DNA of 64,000 bases from Armatimonadota bacterium (GTDB taxonomy: Bacteria; Armatimonadota; HRBIN16). The notes below the pieces were generated by a model. That model did not search any database and was not told the origin of the DNA. It saw nothing but the letters and a program-made list of their open reading frames with translations. Below, one piece after another: positions 11,758 through 21,276 of the stretch. The stretch's first letter is position 1. Every line of letters starts with the position of its first letter. Location of the stretch: positions 3,968,001-4,032,000 of the forward strand of contig OY781964.1 in NCBI GenBank assembly GCA_963677485.1, in the 5' to 3' direction. A program made the position numbers and the translations under genes.

Positions 11758-11829
11758 CTATCAAATGTAGTATACAGGCTTAAAGCCCCATGCAGAAGTG
11801 CAGAAGCTGCGGGTTGATCCAAAAAGGGC

Positions 11830-12070
11830 TTGTACGTAACTTGGTTGGTTATGTCCGGGGCGGTCTGGCGGTACACTTGAAATGGCCGCTATCTATAGAC
11901 CGCGCCGGTCTTGTTCCCGACATATATCATTCGTGGCTATCCGCCAGACCGGTTCGGTCTCGAGCTTTCTGTATACGCTAGCGTACGTACAGACCGCCCC
12001 GGACTTTGCCAATTGAAGGGTCCGAATCCGTTACAGCTTGGGCTGCCGGGTAGGCACGGGCGGTTGCTTG
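11830..12070. repeat. Nested-inverted-repeat intergenic element, copy 1 (most diverged)
   Basis: GTCCGGGGCGGTCTG (11853) ... CAGACCGCCCCGGAC (12004); inner AGACCGCGCCGGTCT / AGACCGGTTCGGTCT; tail GTTACAGCTTGGGCTGC...GCACGGGCGGTTGCTT. Homologous to 15777-16016 and 35882-36172. Confidence 0.9.
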
Positions 12071-12122
12071 TGGCTGTCTGCGGTGAGACAGCCACAAGCC
12101 CTCATGTTAGCGGGAAAACTGC

Positions 12123-13586
12123 TTACGAACCCTGGGCTCCGAAGTTCTTGTCAATGATTACATAGTCGAACAGATTCACCGAGCCGCTGCCATCTCTGTC
12201 GGCACCGACATCACTTGTGTTGAAGTTCGAATCCAGAACAACAAAGTCGAAGAGATTCACAGAACCGTCATTATCTGCATCCCCATTGGCCAGTGTCATG
12301 TTGTATGTCGTGTCAGAGGGCGACACAGGGATGGAGAGTGACAACCAGTAAGGGGTCGAGGCTGAGAGCACATAGTTACCAGCGTCTATTAATGGGAATG
12401 TGAAGGTGCCGGACGGGTTCACACTAACTGTTTGTTGGGTTATCGGGGTTCCGTCCTTCAATAATTTCACGGTGACGTCGGTGGCTCCTCCCATCCAATC
12501 TGAGAGGGTCACGCTGCCATTGATATCAAACTTTCGGGTTGCGATAAAGGCCACTTCCTTCGATCCGCCACTCTCAAGCTGCTGCGTGGCCATACCAACG
12601 ATGGTTCCCAAGCTGTTGATGGCTGTGGCATACTTTACAGTGATAATATCGCTATCTGCCGATTTGATACTGTCCAAGTCATAGCTGCCCAGGCCTGGGA
12701 TATACAGCAGTACGTGTTCACTGCCTGGAGCCGCGGAACTGAGGCCCACCGCCCATTTGCTGGCATTGATCGCGGAAAAACTGCAGTAGGAATCGCCGGG
12801 TAATGGGTCTATGACGGTAGGCGCGGTGGTAGGTGAGTTCCATATCAATGCCCGCTGGTTGTTCAAGGCATCCAGACCGCTGCCCACAATGGTGCTGCCG
12901 TCGCTCGTGATGGCGTTGGCGTATGTGGAAGTGCCCCCGTTCGACGGTAGAGTGCTGAAACCAACTCCTGTGTATGTGAACGCAGTCACAAGTGATCCAT
13001 CAGCATTATTTGAGTATCCAACTATGGTTCCGTTATCTGCGATATCGAGCCCATATGCAGCCACATTGCCGAGGGGGATGCCTAGACTAGTCAAGCTGCT
13101 GTCGGTGGGACGCTTGTAGAACAGGTTGCGCTGACCGGTGGCGTCCGATGAGTTACCGGTGATCAGTCCGTTACTATTAATTGCGCGCGCAAATCCCTTG
13201 GAACCGCCCAGCGTACCCCAGTCTACGACTGCGTTATAGGTAGGCCAGACCAGTGCATGCGGGGTAGATATCCCAGGTCCCCATCCGGCTATTTGGCCCG
13301 AGTTGTTGATGCTCATCGCCACCATGTCACCTGCCATGGTGCCAGTGCTCAACTCTACGGGGGTAGCATTGGGCCAGGCTACAGCCACATAGCCACCTTG
13401 ACCTGTGCGGGTGGTATATCCGCAGGCAACACCAGAATCATTGATGTCGTAAGCTATCGATGTCGAACCACCTAACCCATTAAGGATAGTGATTTTATAG
13501 ACAGGCGCATCAGCCGCGTGAGCCACACATTGTCCTATAGACATAGAGACTGCCATGGCCGCAAGCAGAACAGCTTTATTAATCAT
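12123..13586 (-). CDS. Secreted HAF-repeat (beta-propeller) protein with Ig-like domain and C-terminal dockerin-type I double EF-hand
   Basis: Signal peptide; repeated GTLGG..S.A.AIN..G.I.G units; C-terminal GDADNDGSVNLFDF and ADRDGSGSVNLFDY. Confidence 0.8.
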   Translation of the reverse strand: MINKAVLLAAMAVSMSIGQCVAHAADAPVYKITILNGLGGSTSIAYDINDSGVACGYTTRTGQGGYVAVAWPNATPVELSTGTMAGDMVAMSINNSGQIAGWGPGISTPHALVWPTYNAVVDWGTLGGSKGFARAINSNGLITGNSSDATGQRNLFYKRPTDSSLTSLGIPLGNVAAYGLDIADNGTIVGYSNNADGSLVTAFTYTGVGFSTLPSNGGTSTYANAITSDGSTIVGSGLDALNNQRALIWNSPTTAPTVIDPLPGDSYCSFSAINASKWAVGLSSAAPGSEHVLLYIPGLGSYDLDSIKSADSDIITVKYATAINSLGTIVGMATQQLESGGSKEVAFIATRKFDINGSVTLSDWMGGATDVTVKLLKDGTPITQQTVSVNPSGTFTFPLIDAGNYVLSASTPYWLSLSIPVSPSDTTYNMTLANGDADNDGSVNLFDFVVLDSNFNTSDVGADRDGSGSVNLFDYVIIDKNFGAQGS

Positions 13587-13821
13587 CAGATTCTCCTGGG
13601 TGTCATTGCGAGTACGGCATAAAGCCGGGCATATATATTAAACCGCATTGGACACATTAAGCCAATATTTTAGTATGTCGGTTTATTTGGCATGTTCCAG
13701 TGGGGTGTGAATGTGGTGTCGCCAAATGATGGCCGGTGCCGATGACCTGAAACAACTATTTTCGATATGGGGTCTAACCATGTGTACGTAAAGCTGTATC
13801 ACTAGCAAGATGGAGGCATGA

Positions 13822-14256
13822 ATGATGCGGATTTCAAACAAAATGCGAGCAACAATCGGTGTGATGGCCGGTGTTCTGTGTGTCAGTGTCGCCTATGCGC
13901 AACTTGGCGGGCTGCTTAAGGGGCTTGGAGTGGGCTACTTAGTGGATAAGTTCGGCAAGGACATCAACAAGGGAATCAACGGCCTGTATGGAAATAACAA
14001 GTTTTCAAGCCAGTATGACACCAAGGTTGTACCGATTCTAAGCGTGGGCTCTGGAGGTTACATGGGTGCCGCCCAGGTGGTGGGACCCAAGGATCAGATT
14101 GCCAAGGTCAAGGCGTGCGCGCAGGTTGAAGGGGAGTTCAAAGCGATTGGTGGCGTCCGTCTCCGCGGACTCATTCCGATAAACAGCAAGGGACTTACCG
14201 ATATCAAGCGTGTCGAAGGTGTGGGAGTAGCCGCCCTGATCGACTTCAAACTTTAA
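13822..14256 (+). CDS. Exported hypothetical protein
   Basis: GGAGG SD; signal peptide ending AYA; TKVVPILSVG..G..GAAQV.GP core. Confidence 0.7.
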   Translation: MMRISNKMRATIGVMAGVLCVSVAYAQLGGLLKGLGVGYLVDKFGKDINKGINGLYGNNKFSSQYDTKVVPILSVGSGGYMGAAQVVGPKDQIAKVKACAQVEGEFKAIGGVRLRGLIPINSKGLTDIKRVEGVGVAALIDFKL

Positions 14257-14302
14257 CCTGAGTATACCGGTAGACTCACCATATTGGAGAGAAACCCAAA
14301 CG

Positions 14303-14342
14303 AGTGCCGCCCAGGGAGCCAAAAGCTTTCTTGGACGGCACT
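14303..14342. terminator. Stem-loop after the 13822-14256 gene
   Basis: AGTGCCGcCCAGGGAGC ... GCTTTCTTGGaCGGCACT, pairs with G-U; no strong U tract. Confidence 0.4.
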
Positions 14343-14438
14343 TCCGTATTACAGCCACAGTGGAAACAACGGAATTATTCGGCAGTGACATGTTATGCTA
14401 TTATTGGTAGTTTCGGCCGTCACTGATATCTATAAGGA

Positions 14439-15299
14439 GTGAGTATGAGCACATATAACGGATTCCCGGGCAAGGTGAAGTTCAGTAACCGAACCCCGGC
14501 TCAAATCGGGTCAATCGTGTTAATCATCGTGGTTATCATGATATTACGCGCCAGCGTGGTAATCGTACCCGCAGGGTATCGCGGGGTCTTGCTGCGGTTT
14601 GGTGCCGTGACGGGTGTCCTCAATGAGGGCATGAACTTGATAGTGCCGTTCATCAGCAGTGCAGAACAGATTGAGGTCCGCACCCAGAAGGAGCAATCCT
14701 CGGCTAGTGCAGCCTCCAAGGATATGCAGACTGTGCAAACGACAGTGGCGATCAACTTCCACCTCATTCCATCGAAAGTCGGCGATCTCTACAAGAATGT
14801 GGGCACCGATTACCGAGTTCGCATTATCGACCCTGCGGTGCAGGAGTCGTTGAAGCAAGTCACGGCCAAATACTCTGCCGAGCAACTGGTGACGCGCCGC
14901 TCAGAAGTCAAGATGCAGGTTGAACATGAGATCACCATGCGTCTAGGGAAGTATGATATTCTAGTGGAGCCGTTAGGCGTGAGTATTACGGACTTCAGTT
15001 TCAGTCCGGAATTCAGTGCCGCAATTGAGCAGAAGCAGGTGGCCCAGCAGGAAACCGAAAAGCAGAAGTATGTGCTGGAGAAAGCCGACCTTGAGCGGCA
15101 AACTGCGGTGATGAAAGCAAAGGGCGAAGCCGAATCCGTCAAAATCAAAGCCATTGCGTTACAGGTTGCCGGGGGCAATAAGGTGCTGGCTCGGGAGTGG
15201 ATTGACAAGTGGGATGGGCACCTGCCGACTGTATCTGGCGGTAACTCCAGCTACATCATGGACCTGAAGTCATTCATGCAAGATAAACCCGGCAAGTGA
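14439..15299 (+). CDS. SPFH/prohibitin (band 7) family membrane protein
   Basis: N-terminal TM, VPAGYRGV..RFG, SKDMQTV, F.FSPEF..AIEQKQVAQQ, IDKWDG.LP. Confidence 0.92.
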   Translation: MSMSTYNGFPGKVKFSNRTPAQIGSIVLIIVVIMILRASVVIVPAGYRGVLLRFGAVTGVLNEGMNLIVPFISSAEQIEVRTQKEQSSASAASKDMQTVQTTVAINFHLIPSKVGDLYKNVGTDYRVRIIDPAVQESLKQVTAKYSAEQLVTRRSEVKMQVEHEITMRLGKYDILVEPLGVSITDFSFSPEFSAAIEQKQVAQQETEKQKYVLEKADLERQTAVMKAKGEAESVKIKAIALQVAGGNKVLAREWIDKWDGHLPTVSGGNSSYIMDLKSFMQDKPGK

Positions 15300-15670
15300 A
15301 CAAGCTCCTCGCCATTATGGTAGGCGGGGCTATAGGCGCCGTTTTGAGGTATTTTGTGTCAACGGGAAGCGCAAAGCTGTTTGGCAGCAGCTTCCCGTGG
15401 GGCACCCTTATAGTGAACACCGCAGGCTGTCTCATGATTGGGGTCGCCTTAGGTGTTGCTCAGACCAGGGGGATGGATGAGCACCTCAGGTTGTTTTTTG
15501 TGACCGGATTTCTAGGCGCACTGACCACATTTTCCACATTCTCATTTGAGACCATCGAACAAGCCCGGCAGGGAGCCATATTGGTAAGCCTGACCAACGT
15601 GCTGGCTAACAACATGCTGGGGATAGCCGCCGCTTATCTGGGATACTGGGGCGTGACACGGACACTGTAA
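15296..15670 (+). CDS. crcB: Fluoride efflux channel Fluc/CrcB
   Basis: GGAIGAVLRY, FPWGTL.VN..GC, TGFLGALTTFSTFS.E; GTGA overlap with the SPFH gene. Confidence 0.95.
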   Translation: MNKLLAIMVGGAIGAVLRYFVSTGSAKLFGSSFPWGTLIVNTAGCLMIGVALGVAQTRGMDEHLRLFFVTGFLGALTTFSTFSFETIEQARQGAILVSLTNVLANNMLGIAAAYLGYWGVTRTL

Positions 15671-15682
15671 GGGTGGGATTTC

Positions 15683-15707
15683 GTATGGATGACCCTTGTG
15701 GTCATCC
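15683..15707 (+). repeat. GTAG-family REP-like hairpin (GTAT variant)
   Basis: GTATGGATGACC-CTTGT-GGTCATCC; same CTTGT loop as the copies at 33334 and 63967. Confidence 0.65.
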
Positions 15708-15776
15708 GCGGTGATTGTCCGGTGCGACCCACTTCGGGGTGAGAATGCAGCAACTGTTACTACCGGTTTCGTGGGT

Positions 15777-16016
15777 TTGTATGTCACTTGGTTGGCTAAG
15801 TCCGGGGCGGTCTGTCAGTACGCCTGCGGCTGCCACTGTCAATAGACCGCGCCGGTCTTGTTTACGACACAGATCTTTCAGGGCTATCCGCCAGACCGGC
15901 GCGGTCTCGAGCCTTCTGCATCCGCTAGCCTACGCACAGACCGCCCCGGACCTAGCCAAAAAGAGGGAACGCATCAGTTTTAGTCTAGGCTGCAGGGCCA
16001 GCACGGGCTGGTGCTT
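15777..16016. repeat. Nested-inverted-repeat intergenic element, copy 2
   Basis: TTGGCTAaGTCCGGGGCGGTCTGT ... ACAGACCGCCCCGGACcTAGCCAA; perfect 15-bp inner IR AGACCGCGCCGGTCT / AGACCGGCGCGGTCT; tail ends inside the plsY stop codon. Confidence 0.92.
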
Positions 16017-16644
16017 AACCCTTCTTGATCCACGGCATATGCACCTTAGGCTCTGTTCCGTTCATCAGCCTCGTAAAGTTGGCTTTATGCTTCGCGACTA
16101 CAAAAACAGCAGCAGGCACGATCAGGAACAGGTGGTAAGGATGTGTGCTCGCGGGCGCACGGGCGATGGTCATGGCCAATAGAGGCAACCCGATGGCCCC
16201 CAGGCAACTGGCCAGAGAAACCCACCGGAATGCCATAAGAGCCACAACCCATATCACGAACGCGCCGAGTGAAGCCATGGGCACCATTGAGATACAAAAG
16301 CCAAGTCCAGTAGCTACCCCTCGGCCGCCTTTAAACTTGAGGAATGGGCAGAATGTGTGTCCCAGGATCGCTCCGCAGCCCGCGGCAAGCTGATCATACG
16401 GATACAGCCCCTTGACTGCCAGGTATGTGGGAACCCAACCCTTCAATACATCCAGTATGAAGACTCCCAGCCCTGCTGCTGGCCCGAGAGTGCGCCAGGC
16501 ATTGGTGGCTCCAATGTTACCTGAGCCTTTCTCGCGGATATCCACTCCCTTGAAGTATTTCGCGATCAAGAATCCAAAGGGGATGCTGCCGCATATGTAT
16601 CCTGCGACGAGCCCTATTACTACCGTAAGCGCCGTGTGATCCAT
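16015..16644 (-). CDS. plsY: Glycerol-3-phosphate acyltransferase
   Basis: GSIPFG, DIR..GSGNIGATN, D.LKG, GH.F.PFL.FKGG.GVAT, KH..N..RL..G.E. Confidence 0.97.
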   Translation of the reverse strand: MDHTALTVVIGLVAGYICGSIPFGFLIAKYFKGVDIREKGSGNIGATNAWRTLGPAAGLGVFILDVLKGWVPTYLAVKGLYPYDQLAAGCGAILGHTFCPFLKFKGGRGVATGLGFCISMVPMASLGAFVIWVVALMAFRWVSLASCLGAIGLPLLAMTIARAPASTHPYHLFLIVPAAVFVVAKHKANFTRLMNGTEPKVHMPWIKKG

Positions 16645-16682
16645 GATATATCGTCCTTAGTATGAGTATGTGGTAGCCGATT

Positions 16683-19600
16683 TTAGAAACTGCGGCCGTA
16701 TAGGTCGCGCTCAACCCAGTCACGAACCTCTTTACGGAACTGATCCAGTTCGCGGATAAGGTTCTGCTCAACTGCGGCTCCATCAGCAACTGTCGCGGTA
16801 TGCAGCATACGTGCGATGATAGCTTGTTGATTGACATCCGTTGGTAGATTATCGATAGCTCTGCCGAAATAGAGGTTCATGGCGTTGCGTATTTTTGTGC
16901 ATATTTCATAACTTCGGCACGCCGCTCTGGCGTCAGCCGCGGCTATCAGTTTCGCCGATCTGAGCGCGTTGATCGCCGCTATCGTGCTGGTCCGTTGTAC
17001 CGATGTGTTGTCGTGCCCATGCATTAGCTGCAGTGACTGTGTGGTGAACTCAATGTCAATCATACCGCCTGCACCCAGCTTCAGGTCACTCCAGTTGTTC
17101 TCTGGTTTGAGGCGTTCATTTTCCACACGTTTCTTTACTTCACGTATGGAGTCGAGTTCCTCTTGAGAGAGTGATCTGCCATAGACGGCCTCGTTGGCCA
17201 TCTTCATCCATTTGGCGATGGTGTCTGAGTTACCGCCAATGGCTCTGGCCTTGATGAGTGACATCCGTTCCCAGGTTTCACCGCGGCTTGCATAGTAACC
17301 TTCGTAATCTCCAGGAGTTCTGGCTATGGCTCCAAATCGGCCTTCTGGGCGTAATCTGGCGTCTATCTCGAGTGACTCACCTTGAACTTCCACCATTTTG
17401 CCCATGCTGAGCACCAGTTCACACATTTTAGCAGCCGTTTGGTACGCCACATTATGCGGCACATCGTCGGGCTGCTCGAATGTAAACATGATATCAAGAT
17501 CGCTGCTGTAGCCCATCTCGTGACCGCCCAATTTACCAAGCCCGATGATGGCTACCGTATCAAGAACCTTTTGCTCGTAGACACTCAGACCAAGACTGGA
17601 TTGGCGTCGCGCGATCTCCAGCAATGTATCGAGAACAGCTTCATAGAGATTCGTGATCTCGTGAGCGGTGTCCGTTCCAGATATCTCACCCCACAGATCA
17701 CGTGCGACAATGCGCATACGCTCTCGGCGGATAAATGGGGCGACAGCCTGCATCTTTTGAGCAGGGGTTCCTCGACGGGGAAGCCGTTCGTAGAGTTCTT
17801 CTTTGAGGCGATGCACACCTTTGGGGCGGCTTTCCACGATCTCTTCGCTGAATAATACATCGAGAAGTTCCTGGTGGCTGGCCAAGGTGTTGATGGTGCT
17901 GGGACTGCACCCTGCCATGTGTACCAGTTGACGCAGAACCACAGGGCTGTCGTTAAAAACTTGATACAGGTGTGCCCGGCTTGGAGCTGCCACGGACAGT
18001 GTCTCTATCCCCAACAACGCGGCGTCAGGATCTGGACTCCGTTGTGCAAACGCGATTAACTTCGGCGCGATGGTGAGAAAATGCTGCTGGACTTGTGGGC
18101 TGGCTGCTCCGGCACTCATAGCACCAGATGGGGTCAACATACCCGTGACCGGTATGTGCAACAGGTGCAAAGCGCGTTCCGTGTCCCGAAAACCTACAGC
18201 GGAAAGCATGCTGGCGAGTGTCTTTTGGGCGATGGGCATTTGTATGTTACGAAGAAGGTTGCTCATCGACTCCGTGTATGCATCTACCTGTCGGTCAGCC
18301 ATTTCACCATAGAAGAGCTGTTCAAACAGCGTCCGAACTTTGGTGCGGATGGCGTTGTAGTGCGTCATGAAGTCATCTGTGCCGATAAATCCCATTCGGC
18401 GGGCCAGCAATGTGAGTGCTCTCTCATCTTTGGGCAGCGTCTGAGTTTGCTGTTCGTATAAGATTTGCAGACGATGTTCGACCGTACGCATGAAGGTGTA
18501 TCCCTCCGCAAATGCGGAGGCCTCGTCTTGCTTGAGGAACCCTTCTTGACATAGCCGATCCAGTGCTTCGAGCGTATTCCCTGTCCGCAGGGCGGGGTGA
18601 CGGCCACCTGTGAGCAGTTGCATCAGTTGGACCGTAAACTCCACATCGCGTATGCCGCCAAGCCCAATTTTCACGTTGGTTTCTTGCACGTCCGATATCA
18701 CCGCAGATTGTTCGATGCGCTGCTTGTTCAGGTGGATGTCATCTACCCATTGCTTCGGTATCGTGCGGCGGTAAGTGGTCTCTTGTGCCAGTTGCATGAA
18801 GCGGGCACCCAGGTCTGGGTCTCCGGCGACGAATCTGGCTTTGATCAGCGCTTGACGCTCCCAGCTTTCCGCCCAGTTCTCGTAGTAGTTGGCGCATCCG
18901 ATAAGCGACCTTGAGGGGCTTCCGTAGCGGCCTTCAGGCCTTAGGCGGAGATCCACTCGAAACACCATGCCGAGTTCCGTAGATTTGCTGAGCACTGTCA
19001 CGATCTCTTGCGCGAGTTTGTCTGAGTAAGCTGAGGCCACAAGTTTACCGCTGACTGGCGATGTGTCATCATAGACAAACATCAGATCTATGTCGCTGCT
19101 GTAATTCAGCTCTCGGCCGCCGTGTTTGCCCATGGCGATGACCGCAAACGGCGGTGTAGTCGTCATCTGGAATTTGTGGCTGACATACTCCTGGGCCACT
19201 TCAAATGAGACTTGGGTCATGGCATCAGCAAAGTCACTGAGTGCGCGTGCTATGACGGGTAATGGCTGTGTGCCTAAGATGTCCATCACTCCGATGCGCA
19301 GCACCTCACGGCGCTTGTAACGCCGAATGGCGTTGAGCTGCATCGCATAGCTGCTGCTGATTTTGATCATCTTGTGGGCTTCGCGGTAGTGCTGTGTGGT
19401 CGATATCACGCGGCTGCGTTGATCGGGGTCGCTGAAAAACTCAAACAGCTCGGGTTGAGCGATGAGTATCTCGCTGAAAAATTGGCTTGTGGCACAGACG
19501 GTAAAGAAAATCTCAAATGTCTTTGGGTTGCTGCATAAAAATCTGTAGTATGGCAGACGGTTTGTTAAGGACGCCTGCCAGCGGTCGAAATTCACCAGAG

Positions 19601-19790
19601 CCATATCGGGATCAGGGCTTAGCAGAAGCGAGCTTCTGAGAGCTGGCAGCATCTCATCAAACGCTTCTGCATGAGGACCCCATCCGCGTAATGCCTCCAG
19701 TATGGAGTTTGCGCGACGCATGTCTTGAATTCCGACTTCGGTCAGGAACTCTTCGGAAAGGATCGGGCTTTGACTGTGATTATCGGGCAT
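16683..19790 (-). CDS. glnE: Glutamine synthetase adenylyltransferase/adenylyl-removing enzyme
   Basis: Two nucleotidyltransferase halves: MGKHGGRELNYSSDIDL..VDLRLRPEG..WERQALIKAR and LGKLGGHEMGYSSDLD..IDARLRPEG..WERMSLIKAR; GG.RD.EF and GGM.D.EF. Confidence 0.95.
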   Translation of the reverse strand: MPDNHSQSPILSEEFLTEVGIQDMRRANSILEALRGWGPHAEAFDEMLPALRSSLLLSPDPDMALVNFDRWQASLTNRLPYYRFLCSNPKTFEIFFTVCATSQFFSEILIAQPELFEFFSDPDQRSRVISTTQHYREAHKMIKISSSYAMQLNAIRRYKRREVLRIGVMDILGTQPLPVIARALSDFADAMTQVSFEVAQEYVSHKFQMTTTPPFAVIAMGKHGGRELNYSSDIDLMFVYDDTSPVSGKLVASAYSDKLAQEIVTVLSKSTELGMVFRVDLRLRPEGRYGSPSRSLIGCANYYENWAESWERQALIKARFVAGDPDLGARFMQLAQETTYRRTIPKQWVDDIHLNKQRIEQSAVISDVQETNVKIGLGGIRDVEFTVQLMQLLTGGRHPALRTGNTLEALDRLCQEGFLKQDEASAFAEGYTFMRTVEHRLQILYEQQTQTLPKDERALTLLARRMGFIGTDDFMTHYNAIRTKVRTLFEQLFYGEMADRQVDAYTESMSNLLRNIQMPIAQKTLASMLSAVGFRDTERALHLLHIPVTGMLTPSGAMSAGAASPQVQQHFLTIAPKLIAFAQRSPDPDAALLGIETLSVAAPSRAHLYQVFNDSPVVLRQLVHMAGCSPSTINTLASHQELLDVLFSEEIVESRPKGVHRLKEELYERLPRRGTPAQKMQAVAPFIRRERMRIVARDLWGEISGTDTAHEITNLYEAVLDTLLEIARRQSSLGLSVYEQKVLDTVAIIGLGKLGGHEMGYSSDLDIMFTFEQPDDVPHNVAYQTAAKMCELVLSMGKMVEVQGESLEIDARLRPEGRFGAIARTPGDYEGYYASRGETWERMSLIKARAIGGNSDTIAKWMKMANEAVYGRSLSQEELDSIREVKKRVENERLKPENNWSDLKLGAGGMIDIEFTTQSLQLMHGHDNTSVQRTSTIAAINALRSAKLIAAADARAACRSYEICTKIRNAMNLYFGRAIDNLPTDVNQQAIIARMLHTATVADGAAVEQNLIRELDQFRKEVRDWVERDLYGRSF

Positions 19791-19795
19791 TCTAC

Positions 19796-21148
19796 CTATT
19801 CGTCTTTAGCTTTGTAAGACGCCTCTTTGACCACTAACCGGATGGGCGTTCCTTCGAATGCGACGTGTCTACGGATCGCATTCTCCAGGTACCTCAGGTA
19901 TGAGAAGTGGCACAATTCGGCATCATTGACGAATAGCACGATCGTTGGCGGTTTGACTGTTGCCATCGTTGCATAGTAAATCCGCAGAGTTTTTCCTTTG
20001 CGTGAATAGGGCTTCACATCTGAAGCTTCCCGAACGACCCTGTTAAGAAGTCCGGTTGGTATACGGTGAGCGTGCATCTCCGCCGCATCGAGCGCGGTGG
20101 TCACCACATGCTTGATGCCTGTGTTTTCCAGGGCACTGGTGAATACTAACGGCGCGAACGCGAGGAAAGGCACCTCGTTGCGGAAAATGGCGGTGTAGTC
20201 TTTGATCAGGGTGCGGCTTTTCGGATTAGCCGTTAAGTCCCACTTGTTGACGACCACGATACAGGCCCGGCCCTCTTCTACGATGATGCCGCCAACCCGC
20301 TTGTCGCCTTCTGTGACTCCTGCAGTGCCATCAACCACCAAAACCGCCACATCACAACGGGCAATCGCCCGCTGGGCGCGCAGCACGGAATAATATTCCA
20401 CGGAGCCCTGCACTTTACCGGCTTTACGGATGCCGGCGGTGTCGATGAGTGTGATCTCCTGATCATTCCATTTCAAGCGGGTATCGATGGCGTCGCGGGT
20501 TGTGCCGGCGATCTCACTGACGATGAGGCGTTTTTCGCCCAGAAGCGAGTTCACCAGGGATGATTTTCCCACATTCGGGCGGCCTACGATGGCCAGCTTG
20601 GTGTTCTCATCTTCGGCTACTTCACCGTCGCTTCGGGGAAGCAGCTGTACCACGCGGTCTAGCACATCGGCCACACCGTGACCATGGATGCAGCTAATGG
20701 TGAAGAGCTCGCCCATGCCCAAGCTGTAGAATTCCGCCGATTCTATCTCGCGATTTTGGTTGTCGGTTTTGTTGACGACGATGATGACGGGGGTTTTAGT
20801 GCCCCTAAGTGCGTCTGCCAGCTCCTGGTCAGCCGCCGTCATACCGTCCATAGCATCCACCATGAACAGGATGACATCAGCTTCCGACATGGCCATGTTG
20901 GCTTGCAGCCGTATCTGGTCCATGAGCGGGTCGTTGGCGGTCATCAAGATGCCGCCGGTGTCGATCAGGTTGAACACTGCACCGCACCATTCCGCTTCGG
21001 CGGAGATGCGATCGCGAGTGATGCCCGGTATGTCCTCTACAATAGCAGAGCGGTAACCCAGCAACCGATTGAAAAGTGTGGATTTGCCTACGTTGGGGCG
21101 GCCCACGATGACCACTGAGGGCCTTTTTACTGTCGTTTCGTTATTCAT
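19796..21148 (-). CDS. der: Ribosome biogenesis GTPase Der (EngA)
   Basis: Two GRPNVGKS P-loops, DTGG/DTAG, NKxD; C-terminal F.GTPI. Confidence 0.97.
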   Translation of the reverse strand: MNNETTVKRPSVVIVGRPNVGKSTLFNRLLGYRSAIVEDIPGITRDRISAEAEWCGAVFNLIDTGGILMTANDPLMDQIRLQANMAMSEADVILFMVDAMDGMTAADQELADALRGTKTPVIIVVNKTDNQNREIESAEFYSLGMGELFTISCIHGHGVADVLDRVVQLLPRSDGEVAEDENTKLAIVGRPNVGKSSLVNSLLGEKRLIVSEIAGTTRDAIDTRLKWNDQEITLIDTAGIRKAGKVQGSVEYYSVLRAQRAIARCDVAVLVVDGTAGVTEGDKRVGGIIVEEGRACIVVVNKWDLTANPKSRTLIKDYTAIFRNEVPFLAFAPLVFTSALENTGIKHVVTTALDAAEMHAHRIPTGLLNRVVREASDVKPYSRKGKTLRIYYATMATVKPPTIVLFVNDAELCHFSYLRYLENAIRRHVAFEGTPIRLVVKEASYKAKDE

Positions 21149-21276
21149 GTCAGTATTAGTGTACCAGAATGCGCACTGGCTTATTGGTATAAGCGATCAG
21201 TGATTTGCCACCTGCCAATTAATGATTTGATGTCAATCGGCTTAATTTTCGGTATGCTAACACTGACGTATACGAG

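Noticed and set aside
13700-13750. Fluoride riboswitch-like sequence (GGTGTCGCC...GCCGATGACC) upstream of the run ending in crcB
   Set aside because: Lacks the 5' GGCGATGG strand and pseudoknot complement, and lies two genes away from crcB.
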